Origin: Treponema sp. | GTDB lineage: Bacteria > Spirochaetota > Spirochaetia > Treponematales > Treponemataceae | NCBI GenBank assembly: GCA_050873685.1 | Contig: JBNMJH010000009.1 | Location: 43,591 to 107,590, forward strand | Direction of reading: 5' to 3' | Length of the DNA: 64,000 nucleotides | Shown: positions 1 through 8,925 of the stretch, piece after piece | Numbering within the stretch: position 1 is the first letter of the stretch | Layout: each line of letters opens with the position of its first letter | Position numbers and translations under genes: made by a program | The notes under the pieces: model-generated | Told to the model about the DNA's origin: nothing | What the model saw: only the letters and a program-made list of their open reading frames with translations | Databases searched by the model: none

Positions 1-856
1 CGTCGGCAAAAGAACAGAAATAATCCCAAGCCTCCTGCTCGGACATAAGCTCGCATTTCAGCGCAATAATCGCATACAGCGGATGTTTCATTCCGTGTGA
101 AGAAAAAGCCTGCGCCAGACGCTTCTGCTGGTCTCCGGACGCAAAAAATATTGAATAAATTTCAAGCTCGGCATCCGGATTGTCATACTCAGGCATTTTA
201 GCAAGAAAAGAATCTGCAATTTTCTGAACAAGCGAAGAATCATCCTGAAAAGCGCCGGTGCTATCCGCGCCAAAATTTGCCGGACGCAGAAAATCGTATT
301 CGTGCCTGAAAAAAAGTTTCGGGAAACGCTTGTCCGACGGATAAATTTTTCTGGCAGAATTTATCTTGTTCCGGGCTTTGTCAATGGATTCAGCAGTCCG
401 GATTCTGTAATATGATTTTGCGCGGATAAATTCAGCATCAGAAGAATAAATGAACGGCTCTGCGTCAAGAATTCCAACCGCCTGGTCATAATTTCCTGTG
501 TCGCACAAAAGATCCGCATAAAGAATTCTAGCGCCATCACGGTTGTAGTCAACCCATTCGCCTTCAGTAAGAGCATGGGAAACAAGCGGAATCAGCTCCG
601 CCCTTGAAGCGCCAAGCCCTGATTTCGCAGCAGCCTTTACATACCAAAGGTCGGAAACGCTTTCATCGTAAGCAAGTCCAAGCTCCGCCTGCGCCAAAGC
701 ATTTGTATAATCATCAGAAGAAAGAAACGACTCTGAAAGTTTCAGGCATCTTACCGCAGTCCGCCGGTTCGCCGCAGAAAGCGATGAACTTACCGCGAAC
801 AAAAAAAATCGGGCAGACAACAAAACAAACAGCGAAAGAAAAAACTTTTTTTTCAT
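1..856 (-). CDS. exported protein of unknown function (partial; C-terminus beyond window start)
   Basis: My own translation of the minus strand from ATG 856-854 stays open to position 1. I checked every plus-strand tta/cta/tca and none is in that frame. The product begins MKKKFFLSLFVLLSARFFLFAVSS (signal-like). Track ORFs 88-273, 361-585 and 604-858 are off-frame shadows. Confidence 0.6.
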   Translation of the reverse strand, partial: MKKKFFLSLFVLLSARFFLFAVSSSLSAANRRTAVRCLKLSESFLSSDDYTNALAQAELGLAYDESVSDLWYVKAAAKSGLGASRAELIPLVSHALTEGEWVDYNRDGARILYADLLCDTGNYDQAVGILDAEPFIYSSDAEFIRAKSYYRIRTAESIDKARNKINSARKIYPSDKRFPKLFFRHEYDFLRPANFGADSTGAFQDDSSLVQKIADSFLAKMPEYDNPDAELEIYSIFFASGDQQKRLAQAFSSHGMKHPLYAIIALKCELMSEQEAWDYFCSFAD

Positions 857-868
857 AAAATATTTCCT

Positions 869-2332
869 CTACTTTCTTTCAGCAGACTCAGTTTTCACAA
901 TCCAGTTTTTAAATCCAAGCAAAGAGCCAAGAACAGCAGTTATCTCCTGGTTTTTGCTGGAAAGCTCCTGAACAACAGGAACAGAATTTTTCAGATCAAC
1001 GGGAACGTGCCAGTCAGAAAGAACATCCGAAACAGATTTTTTTCCGCCGTTTGCAGCACGAACAAAATCATCCTGCTGACGGCTCCGAACACAAAACGGA
1101 ACCGGGACATTTTTCAGCAGAATTTCGTCCTTTTCAGAACAGAAAACCACTTCCGCCGATTTTTTATTTTCCGAAAGCTTCGCAGTCGCTTCGCAGCCAG
1201 AAAAAGAAAACTGAACATCTTCATTTATTATAACAAAAAACGAAGATTCAGTCGCTAGCAATTCATTTTTTTTAATTTCAATTTTATTTCCATCAAAACT
1301 GAACAAAAGATTTCCAGCTGTTTTTTTTACTGAAGTTCCTGAAGCCGCAGCAAAATCCACCGCTTCCATAAATTCCTTCAGAAACAAAAACGGAATTCTT
1401 CCGCCGGAAACTTTTTCAGAAGAACCGCATTTTCCGTGAGCGCAAAGCAAATCAATTCCAGCAAAAATTTGCCGTCTTTTCACCGCGGCAGGAAGGCTCA
1501 GAAATTCCGCGCCGGAACATTCCACGCAATTTTTATTAAAAACCCAGAAATTCTTCTTCACCAAGGAATTAAGAGCATTTTCGTCATCAAAAGCTTTCTG
1601 CGCTCCGTTCAAAAGCGCTTTTTCAAAACCTGGAAAATTTTCCTTCAAAAAAGGAACAAGCTTCTGCCGGATTCGGTTTCTCATGTAGTTCGTGTCGAAA
1701 TTTGTTGAATCAGTTCGCCACGTAATTTTCTGCTCAAAAAGATATTCCTCAATCTGCGCTCTTGAAACATCCAGAAGCGGACGCACAAAAATTCCGCGGC
1801 GAGCGCTGATTCCGCAAAGCCCCGAATTTCCGCTTCCCTGAAGAAAACGCATCAGCAAAGTTTCAGTCTGGTCATTTTTGTTGTGAGCAAGAGCAATAAA
1901 AGCCAAATTTTTATTGGCAAAAAATTCATCGAACGCCTGGTAGCGCAAAAAACGGGCAGCCTCCTCAACGCCGTTTCCACGTTTTTCCGCCTCGGAAAAA
2001 ACTTTGCCGCGCTCAAGCTCCTTTACAAAAACTTCAACATCAAAACCCTGCGCCTGGAACTTTTTTCCAAGAGAAACAACAAAATCAGCGTCCGCACCGC
2101 TTTCAGCCTTGCTTCTGATATTGTGGTTCACAGTTACAACCTTTACAGGAATTTTATATTTTTTAGAAATGCGGCAGAGAGAAACAAAAAGCGAAACAGA
2201 ATCCGCGCCGCCAGAAACAGCGGCTCCAATGCTCAAAGAATTTTTTGCGATGCAAGACAAATCAAAACCGTTTTTACCAAGATTTTTTTCAATATGATTT
2301 TCAAAATTGGCTATTTTGTCTTTTTCATTCAT
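869..2332 (-). CDS. tilS: tRNA(Ile)-lysidine synthetase
   Basis: It has the PP-loop motif SGGADS (AAVSGGADSVSLFVSL) and typical length. I moved the start to the internal ATG (MNEKDK, cat at 2330-2332) because the longer track ORF runs into rplY. Confidence 0.85.
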   Translation of the reverse strand: MNEKDKIANFENHIEKNLGKNGFDLSCIAKNSLSIGAAVSGGADSVSLFVSLCRISKKYKIPVKVVTVNHNIRSKAESGADADFVVSLGKKFQAQGFDVEVFVKELERGKVFSEAEKRGNGVEEAARFLRYQAFDEFFANKNLAFIALAHNKNDQTETLLMRFLQGSGNSGLCGISARRGIFVRPLLDVSRAQIEEYLFEQKITWRTDSTNFDTNYMRNRIRQKLVPFLKENFPGFEKALLNGAQKAFDDENALNSLVKKNFWVFNKNCVECSGAEFLSLPAAVKRRQIFAGIDLLCAHGKCGSSEKVSGGRIPFLFLKEFMEAVDFAAASGTSVKKTAGNLLFSFDGNKIEIKKNELLATESSFFVIINEDVQFSFSGCEATAKLSENKKSAEVVFCSEKDEILLKNVPVPFCVRSRQQDDFVRAANGGKKSVSDVLSDWHVPVDLKNSVPVVQELSSKNQEITAVLGSLLGFKNWIVKTESAERK

Positions 2333-2387
2333 AAAGTTAAACAAAAAGAGCTGCCATAAATGACAGCCCTTTATAAAGCAGCACGGC

Positions 2388-2942
2388 TTAGCCGCGAGCT
2401 GGAGCAATACTTACAAGCGAAAGCTCGCCGTCTGTAAGCACAGTAACATCTTTTCCAAGATTCAAATCTTTTACCTTGTAAATGTCGCCGATGTTCAAAG
2501 CTGAAACATCGATAACGATTCTTTCAGGAAGATTTGCAAGTGTAGCCTGAACTTTTACTTCAGGAACACGTTTTACCATAAAACCACCCTTCAAAACGCC
2601 AACCGGGTTTCCAGAATACTGAATCTTATATTTGTAAACAAGTTTTTCATCAGCATTAGGCGCGAAAAAGTCAACATGAAGAACAGAATCATTGCGGATA
2701 TTGTATTCAACATCCTTGATAAGAACATTTTCTTTTTTTCCGTCAACAACCAGCTCAACAGGTGTAGAACCAGTGATTGTGCGCCAAATTTTGTTAAATT
2801 CAACAGCATTAACTTCGATTGAAGTAGCCTCGCCCTTGTGGTTGTAAACAACAGCAGGGATACTACCTACTTTTCGAAGATTTTTGGCAGCTGTTTTTCC
2901 AGTAGTAGAACGAACTTTTGCATTCAAAGTCTGCTTAGTCAT
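2388..2942 (-). CDS. rplY: 50S ribosomal protein L25 / general stress protein Ctc (long form)
   Basis: The N-terminus MTKQTLNAKVRSTTGKTAAKNLRKVGSIPAVVYN and the 184-aa length are typical of L25/Ctc. Confidence 0.85.
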   Translation of the reverse strand: MTKQTLNAKVRSTTGKTAAKNLRKVGSIPAVVYNHKGEATSIEVNAVEFNKIWRTITGSTPVELVVDGKKENVLIKDVEYNIRNDSVLHVDFFAPNADEKLVYKYKIQYSGNPVGVLKGGFMVKRVPEVKVQATLANLPERIVIDVSALNIGDIYKVKDLNLGKDVTVLTDGELSLVSIAPARG

Positions 2943-3042
2943 TTTCTAAAAGCTCCTTATATCCTTAAAAATTAAGTAAATAATTTTATCACAAAACACA
3001 TATGAATGTAAACAGCATATTATTATTATGTTTACACTGAAT

Positions 3043-5259
3043 TTAATTTTCATACACCAGCTCAATTTCCACCGGGGCACTGTCAGAATACTGCCATTTC
3101 AAATATGCTCCGCCGGAAGAATTTTCTTCTTCAACCCAGGCATTCAAAAGCTCAACAAGATTTGTGGAAGTCACATTTCCAACAGTCAGCTCCTGGTTAG
3201 TAAAAAATTTGGAATTGAACTTTGAAAATGAATTAACTTTGCATATTTCAAAATGCTCAATACAAGAAGAAGCAAGTTTATCAAAAGGTTCTTTAGTAGA
3301 ATAATAACAATCAGACACACCAAATTTATAGTCATGGCTCAAGCTACAAAGCTTAACACACAAAATGCCTCCCAAATCATCATCCTCCTCAGTACCATCA
3401 TCATCCACGGTCAAACATCCCATATTTAAACAATTTCTAACGTAAGAACAACTACCAGACTGCAATTCTATTGCTCCTATAACACCACCAGTTTTTATCT
3501 GATTTGTTTTTTTGTTCTTAGCATCCCCTCTATTAACAGAATTAAAAACACCATTATCCTCTTTTCCCGATGGAATAAAATAACCTAGAATACCTCCAAC
3601 CATACATATAGGAGAACCTCCTATTGAAAAAGTGAAAACGGATATACTCCCAACATTCATACAATCTGATATTTTTCCGCCATTCATAGAACCACAAATA
3701 CCGCCCACAATAATATCTTCAGTACCAAGCCAATGCAGAACTCCCCTGTTTATACATTTTATTATTGAAGAGTTTGTAGCTTTGGAAACAATTCCTCCGA
3801 AATTCCCATGGCCAACACCTATCTTTGCACTATTTTCACAGTTTTCTACAATTCCACTGTCGATTTCTTTAACAATTCCACTGTTTGTAAAAGTTCCAGC
3901 TGATTTTAGATTTTTTATTGTTCCATTTTTTATATTAAGGAAAATTGAATTCAAATCAGTTTTTTCTGATGTTATTGTTTTTCCGTTTCCATCAAAAATT
4001 CCAGAAAAAGGACAATCACTTGGATTACCAATCCCAGCAAAAGAAGAAGCAGTATCAATAGTTATGTCTTCCTTTAATTTTATGCTGGATTCTTGCATAG
4101 CATTGCCATCGTTTACAAAACTGGCAAATTTTTCCAGTTCTTCAAGGCTAGAAACCGTAATATCAGTATAAATTTCTGGATTCCAATTACCAACAGCCGT
4201 GCTTATCGAAACTGGTTTTGTAAGATAGCCATATTGATTTATATGCCAGCCTTCACCAGTCGAATCAGAAATAAGGAATTTACCATAATCTTCCGGGGAA
4301 ACCGCATATCCATCACCACCAACTAATATTTTCTGCCCAATACTGTAGCTTTCGCTTTTTTCAAACACCAGTTTTGCCGTATAGGCAGAATTTTCAGGAG
4401 AAAGCTTGCTGATAATTTCTATTGTTTTGCCAGGCGCAAGGCAAATACCGTTGGAGTCAGAATTTTCTATGGTTACGCTTCCGCCAAGCCGAAGATTTCC
4501 TCCGCCTACATAGATTGCACCTATATTAGTGTCAGTCCATGATTTATTGCCGGAGAAAATTCCACTTTCAATAGTAACTGTAAATTCACCACCGGACAAA
4601 TATATCGCACCGCCTTTTTCTGATTCGTTATCCTTGAATTCGCTGTCAGAAATCGTCAGAGTCCCGTTTCCAACACAACAAATTGCGCCACTATAGGAAG
4701 AAGCCTTATTGCCTATAAATTTACAGCCAGACACAGAATGCTCTCCATCAGAAAACTCAATTGCGCCTCCTAGCCTGCCAGAGTTCTTTTCAAAAGCACA
4801 ATTTTGCAAAGAACTGTTTCCTTCACAATAAATTCCGCCGCCAACATCACTTCCTCTGCAATCTGTAATTTCACAGTTTGAAACATTTAATGTTCCACCT
4901 TCGAAATAAATTCCTCCGCCAGCTCCATTTTCTGCATAATTATTCCTAAGGGAACACTTTCTCAAAGAAAGATTCCCTTTACATAAAATTCCACCGCCAT
5001 GCCTAGCAGGAATCGAACCTGCAACGAATACTACCCTTCCATATGAAATTTCAATATTTTCAAGAGTTACAGAAGCCTTTTCTCCTATAGCAAATCCCCT
5101 TCCAGAAGAATTAAGATTCAAAAGCACTACGGAATCTGAAGAAAAACTTCTAACAGTTACCGTCAGTTCTTTTGGAGGATTTATTTCAACAAGAGCAGAG
5201 TTTTTTGAAAAATCAGTTTTAAAATCACCTGCTTCCGCATCAAAATTTCCGTCAACCAT
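3043..5259 (-). CDS. large beta-helix surface-type protein (PMP-like GGAI/GGGIY repeats N-terminal, GLUG-like GG[IV]xG repeats C-terminal)
   Basis: The N-terminal half has repeated GGGIYFEGG / GGGIYCEGN / GGAIEF / GGAIYLSGG motifs. The C-terminal half has FGGIVS, VGGICG, VGGILG, TGGVIG and LGGILC repeats. The ATG-defined N-terminus has no recognisable signal peptide. Confidence 0.6.
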   Translation of the reverse strand: MVDGNFDAEAGDFKTDFSKNSALVEINPPKELTVTVRSFSSDSVVLLNLNSSGRGFAIGEKASVTLENIEISYGRVVFVAGSIPARHGGGILCKGNLSLRKCSLRNNYAENGAGGGIYFEGGTLNVSNCEITDCRGSDVGGGIYCEGNSSLQNCAFEKNSGRLGGAIEFSDGEHSVSGCKFIGNKASSYSGAICCVGNGTLTISDSEFKDNESEKGGAIYLSGGEFTVTIESGIFSGNKSWTDTNIGAIYVGGGNLRLGGSVTIENSDSNGICLAPGKTIEIISKLSPENSAYTAKLVFEKSESYSIGQKILVGGDGYAVSPEDYGKFLISDSTGEGWHINQYGYLTKPVSISTAVGNWNPEIYTDITVSSLEELEKFASFVNDGNAMQESSIKLKEDITIDTASSFAGIGNPSDCPFSGIFDGNGKTITSEKTDLNSIFLNIKNGTIKNLKSAGTFTNSGIVKEIDSGIVENCENSAKIGVGHGNFGGIVSKATNSSIIKCINRGVLHWLGTEDIIVGGICGSMNGGKISDCMNVGSISVFTFSIGGSPICMVGGILGYFIPSGKEDNGVFNSVNRGDAKNKKTNQIKTGGVIGAIELQSGSCSYVRNCLNMGCLTVDDDGTEEDDDLGGILCVKLCSLSHDYKFGVSDCYYSTKEPFDKLASSCIEHFEICKVNSFSKFNSKFFTNQELTVGNVTSTNLVELLNAWVEEENSSGGAYLKWQYSDSAPVEIELVYEN

Positions 5260-5296
5260 AACCGTGATGGATATTTCAATTCCGCTTTCAACAGAA

Positions 5297-5328
5297 TAAA
5301 AAAAAGGATTGCTTTTTACAGCAATCCT
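5297..5328 (-). terminator. rho-independent terminator downstream of tRNA-Gln
   Basis: An 8-bp stem pairs aggattgc (5305-5312) with gcaatcct (5321-5328). On the minus strand it is followed by a T-run (plus-strand A-run 5297-5305). Confidence 0.7.
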
Positions 5329-5330
5329 CT

Positions 5331-5403
5331 CTGGGACGACAGGATTCGAACCTGTGGAATGACGGCACCAAAAGCCGTTGTCTTACCCCTTGACGACGTC
5401 CCA
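5331..5403 (-). tRNA. tRNA-Gln (anticodon UUG)
   Basis: I folded the reverse complement TGGGACGTCGTCAAGGGGTAAGACAACGGCTTTTGGTGCCGTCATTCCACAGGTTCGAATCCTGTCGTCCCAG by hand. The acceptor stem is TGGGACG/CGTCCCA with the U1-A72 pair typical of bacterial tRNA-Gln. The anticodon stem is ACGGC/GCCGT with loop TTTTGGT, and the T-arm is ACAGG-TTCGAAT-CCTGT. CCA is not encoded. Confidence 0.9.
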
Positions 5404-5423
5404 AAATATATGCAAAAAGCGCC

Positions 5424-5702
5424 TTAGTCCTCTGAACCAGCAGCTTCTACATGACCTGCATTATACTCACTAATTATCTTGTTTTGCAAGTCCGTTCTGA
5501 ATTCCGGACTAATCGGGTGAGCAACATCTTTATACTCGCCATTAGCAGTTTTTCTGCTTGGCATTGCAATAAAAAGACCGTTCTGGCCTTCAATAATTTT
5601 AACATTATGAACAACAAAGCAGTTGTCAAATGTTACTGTAACATAGGCACGAAGTTTTCCTTCGTTTTCGACTTTACGAATGCGCAATTCTGTGATTTGC
5701 AT
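5424..5702 (-). CDS. spoVG: septation/regulatory protein SpoVG
   Basis: [51 protein letters not shown] is the canonical SpoVG N-terminal domain. Confidence 0.9.
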   Translation of the reverse strand: MQITELRIRKVENEGKLRAYVTVTFDNCFVVHNVKIIEGQNGLFIAMPSRKTANGEYKDVAHPISPEFRTDLQNKIISEYNAGHVEAAGSED

Positions 5703-5742
5703 AAGCCTTTCTCCTTATTGTTGCAAAAAAACACTGCAAAGA

Positions 5743-6609
5743 CTATTGCGTAACTACACATTTCAAGCCTTCATCATTAAGTATTTTTGCAGCCTTTTTA
5801 GCTTCTTCCCACGAAGCATAAATGCCAAAAACCGTTGAGCCCGAGCCGGACATCTCAGAATAGAGAGGATTTGTTTCCCCAACTTTCTTAAGCGCAACAT
5901 CTATCTCAGGATATTTTGACTTCAATGCCTCTGTAAAAGTATTTTTGAACTTCCATTCGGAAACCGGAGAAAAATACATTTTTTCCAAATCACCAAACAA
6001 AGGATACTGTTTTTTTACATCATTGGCAAGAAGCCTGTCCACAAGAGAATACGCCTCCTTTGTGGAACTATGAACTTCAGGAAACACAAGAACAAAGTGC
6101 AAATCCTGACGTTTTTTTATGACTCTGACAACATCACCGCGGCCAGAAACAACCGCGCAGCAACCTCCGGCTGAACCGCAATGAGCAAAGAAGAAAACAT
6201 CGCTTCCAACTGCAGAAGCAATCGAATCAAGCTGCTTTTCAGAAAGCTTGACTCCGTTCAGTTTCTCCAAAGCCCACAAAAGCGAAGCGGCATCAGAAGA
6301 GCCACCGCCCAGCCCGCCGCCAGCAGGAATATGCTTTTCAAGAGTTACGTCCACCGCAACGCCTGAACATCCTGTAAAATCGCAGAAAGCCTTGTACGCC
6401 ATTGAAATCGTATTGTTTTCAGGAAGAGCCATCTTGTCGCACACAACATTGCAGCCAAATCCAGAAGACTTTGAAACCGTAAGCTTGTCCGCAAGAGAAA
6501 CCGTCTGAAAAATACTTTCCAAATTATGGAATCCATCCGGTCTTTTCGGCAGAACCTTCAGACCTAGATTTATCTTTGCAGGTGCAAAAACAACGATTTC
6601 ATCCAACAT
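5743..6609 (-). CDS. ispE: 4-diphosphocytidyl-2-C-methyl-D-erythritol kinase
   Basis: It has APAKINLGLKV near the N-terminus and the GHMP kinase motif PAGGGLGGGSSDAAS. I set the start at the internal ATG (MLDEIVVFAPAKINL, cat 6607-6609). Confidence 0.85.
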   Translation of the reverse strand: MLDEIVVFAPAKINLGLKVLPKRPDGFHNLESIFQTVSLADKLTVSKSSGFGCNVVCDKMALPENNTISMAYKAFCDFTGCSGVAVDVTLEKHIPAGGGLGGGSSDAASLLWALEKLNGVKLSEKQLDSIASAVGSDVFFFAHCGSAGGCCAVVSGRGDVVRVIKKRQDLHFVLVFPEVHSSTKEAYSLVDRLLANDVKKQYPLFGDLEKMYFSPVSEWKFKNTFTEALKSKYPEIDVALKKVGETNPLYSEMSGSGSTVFGIYASWEEAKKAAKILNDEGLKCVVTQ

Positions 6610-6681
6610 ACTGAAATAAATTATAACACAAGAAGACAAGTTGTCAATTTTAAAAAAAAATTGCCTGCGCAAAAAATTCTG

Positions 6682-6710
6682 TTGCCTAAACTGCGCAGTT
6701 ACTTTATAGT
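6682..6710 (+). promoter_or_regulatory. sigma70-like promoter of the acidic-protein gene
   Basis: TTGCCT (6682-6687), a 17-nt spacer and TATAGT (6705-6710). GGAG at 6739-6742 lies 7 nt before the ATG at 6750. Confidence 0.55.
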
Positions 6711-6749
6711 CTTTTCATGGGGATTGTTTAATTTCTTTGGAGATTATAT

Positions 6750-7028
6750 ATGTCTGCACGCAATGATTTAAATCTTTTTAACGGTCCTTTTTCTTTTGAC
6801 GATGAATTCGAGGATGACTTCAACGACAAGTATTCAGATGAAACTCTGGACGGAATGGACGAAGACTACGAAAGCTACGAGGAAGCTTTTGACGATGCAG
6901 ACGATGACCTATACGAGCCATACGATGATGTAGAGCCGGAAGACGGATACACAAATCCATACAAATACAATGACAACGACGACTTCGGCGACGAAGAAGA
7001 ATTTGACGACGAAGACGACGAGCGCTAG
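6750..7028 (+). CDS. hyper-acidic small protein (about half D/E), unknown function
   Basis: The 92-aa ORF has its own promoter-like element and RBS. The composition is dominated by D/E with interspersed Y/F (DDEFEDDFNDKYSDETLDGMDEDYESYEEAFDDADDDLYEPYDD...). Confidence 0.55.
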   Translation: MSARNDLNLFNGPFSFDDEFEDDFNDKYSDETLDGMDEDYESYEEAFDDADDDLYEPYDDVEPEDGYTNPYKYNDNDDFGDEEEFDDEDDER

Positions 7029-7047
7029 TTTTTAAATTCCTTTGATT

Positions 7048-7644
7048 TCAAAGAAGAGCGGAAATTTTCTGCGGAAGATTCTCCATGGAAAAAGAAAACT
7101 TCCGGCTGCCTTCCGGCAAAAGAATTTCCGCGTCCAGACCTTTTTCTGATTTTTCAACTTTCACAAAAGAACTTTCCAGTCGGAATTTCTTCATAAGCAC
7201 AGATTTTATCAGTTCAGAAGCAATTTTCTGCTGGATTCCGCCGGTCTGGCTCGATTTTTTTTCTTTTTGAAGGTCAGACTTGTATTTTTCACGGTTCAAA
7301 AGCAGAAGCTCAACCTCCGGGAACGGATTGTTCGGAAATTTTGCGTCGGCGATTTTTATCCATTCTCCATTGTTCTCCTGAAGAAGGCTTGCCTTAATCT
7401 GAGCCTGTATAAAAAGCCGGAGTTTTATCGTTTCTGTAACCTCTGTTTCCCAGGTTACGTACGAGCCCTTGTCTTCAAAATGGAAAAGCATTTCTGGATG
7501 TTTTTTTCCAAACTTTTCAATTTCCGAGGCAGCGTCCGGCAGCGGAAGCCTTTCCGCATCAATCCGGCTCATATTTCTGTGCTGAAGATGGCGGAAAATT
7601 TCCTTCCAAAAATCGCTTTCAATGTCTTTCTGTGAATTCTGCAT
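7048..7644 (-). CDS. hypothetical protein, third gene of the AAA/VWA operon
   Basis: The 198-aa ORF begins 10 nt after the VWA gene on the same strand. I recognise no motif. Confidence 0.5.
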   Translation of the reverse strand: MQNSQKDIESDFWKEIFRHLQHRNMSRIDAERLPLPDAASEIEKFGKKHPEMLFHFEDKGSYVTWETEVTETIKLRLFIQAQIKASLLQENNGEWIKIADAKFPNNPFPEVELLLLNREKYKSDLQKEKKSSQTGGIQQKIASELIKSVLMKKFRLESSFVKVEKSEKGLDAEILLPEGSRKFSFSMENLPQKISALL

Positions 7645-7653
7645 AAAAAATCC

Positions 7654-8922
7654 TTAAAACGGCATATATGTTGACTTGTTTCCAGGCAGAGAGCTAATCC
7701 ACGGCCTGGATTTCTCGTAGTCAAGCCGGCTGGACAAAATCCAAAGCACATTCTGGCTGGAACGCAGAACAGGCGGATTTCCCTGGCCGTCAGTAAAAAT
7801 TATAAGCCCGTTGTATTCCTTCCGGGAAACAAAAAAATCAAGCGCAACCTGAAAATTTGTTCCGCCGCGGCCTTGAATTTCCTTCAGGCTGATTTTTTTC
7901 TTAATCGGAATCGGCTTTGAAAATTTCAAATTTGTATCAAAAAAAATCACATCGATTTTTTCAATGATTCCAAGAAAAAAAATGCTGTTTATCGCATGAA
8001 AAAACCTGCTGAAACTTTCATCGGTGATTGACCCGGAAACATCAACCGCAACAAGGACATTCGCCTTGCGCTGATAACGGCTTCCCATGGCTTTAAAGCC
8101 AAAACGGCGGCTCGGCCTCATTCTAGTCAAATTCCTTGAAGCGGAAACAATATTCTGCCTGAACTGAGAAAGTGCCCTGCGGTAATCCATTGAAAAATCA
8201 GCCTGCTCCTGAATTTCACGCTTCAATCCGCCGCCAAGCTCGCCCCACCCCTGGTCAATTTCAACTTTCTGTATATTTTTCTGGATTGAATCCTGAGCCT
8301 CCTCATTTTCTTCCCACAAATCAGCGGCATCAGTGGCAAACGCATTTTTTTCATCAAATGATGAAGAGCCTGCATTCTGCCCCTGCGTTGAAATATGCTT
8401 CACCAGGAACAAAATCCATCTGTACCAGTCTTCAAAAGAAAGATTGTCCGAGGAATAAAAACGTCCGGTTTTATGGTCGATGTTCAAATTCCGCATGAAA
8501 AATTTTTCCTCGTCGCTTCCAGCCCATTCCGCGCCAAGCGGATTTTCCAGCTCCTTGAAACGACGCGCAAGGCTTTTCAAATACTCAACGCCTTCAAGAG
8601 GAACGCAAGGCTTGTAAAACTGGTTTATCGCGGCGTCGCTTGCGACAAGCATAATGCTTTTATTTGCATTGCAAGGCTCGCGCTTGTACGGATGCTGCAG
8701 AAGAATGCGGTAAATTTCAATTTTCAGATATTCAGAAAGCTCCTTTTCAGAGCATTTTTCCAGAAGCGAAGGATTAAATTCAATCCGAAGGCAGCCGGAA
8801 CGCATCGGAACATTCATCTGCGGATTCGCCACAAACTGATGCGAACAGGCCGCAAGAAACAAAAGTGGTTCGGAATAAAACCATTCATTGACAATATTTT
8901 TCAGGCTTTTTTCAATGTTCAT
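7654..8922 (-). CDS. VWA-domain protein with N-terminal DUF2201-type (metallopeptidase-like) region
   Basis: The MIDAS-type motif VLVAVDVSGSITDE sits in the C-terminal half. The architecture matches the partner proteins of AAA_5/MoxR ATPases. The HExxH-equivalent position reads YRILLQH, so it is degenerate. Confidence 0.7.
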   Translation of the reverse strand: MNIEKSLKNIVNEWFYSEPLLFLAACSHQFVANPQMNVPMRSGCLRIEFNPSLLEKCSEKELSEYLKIEIYRILLQHPYKREPCNANKSIMLVASDAAINQFYKPCVPLEGVEYLKSLARRFKELENPLGAEWAGSDEEKFFMRNLNIDHKTGRFYSSDNLSFEDWYRWILFLVKHISTQGQNAGSSSFDEKNAFATDAADLWEENEEAQDSIQKNIQKVEIDQGWGELGGGLKREIQEQADFSMDYRRALSQFRQNIVSASRNLTRMRPSRRFGFKAMGSRYQRKANVLVAVDVSGSITDESFSRFFHAINSIFFLGIIEKIDVIFFDTNLKFSKPIPIKKKISLKEIQGRGGTNFQVALDFFVSRKEYNGLIIFTDGQGNPPVLRSSQNVLWILSSRLDYEKSRPWISSLPGNKSTYMPF

Positions 8923-8925
8923 CTG

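Noticed and set aside
88-858. Track ORFs 88-273 (-), 361-585 (-) and 604-858 (+) as genes.
   Set aside because: A single uninterrupted minus-strand frame from ATG 856 to position 1, with a signal peptide, explains the region. The three ORFs are off-frame shadows with odd composition.
1883-2359. Long antisense track ORFs, for example 1883-2359, 8395-9042, 11612-12235, 16782-17441, 17681-18166, 28459-29229, 45516-46076, 49088-49705 and 57042-57650.
   Set aside because: Each lies entirely opposite a gene with strong motif support. Their products have skewed, low-complexity or R/K/S-rich composition typical of shadow frames.
2333-2407. Longer tilS start (MLQLAAKPCC...) overlapping rplY by 20 nt.
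   Set aside because: The extension has no homology-like features and overlaps the L25 coding end. The internal ATG at 2332 gives the normal TilS N-terminus just before the PP-loop.
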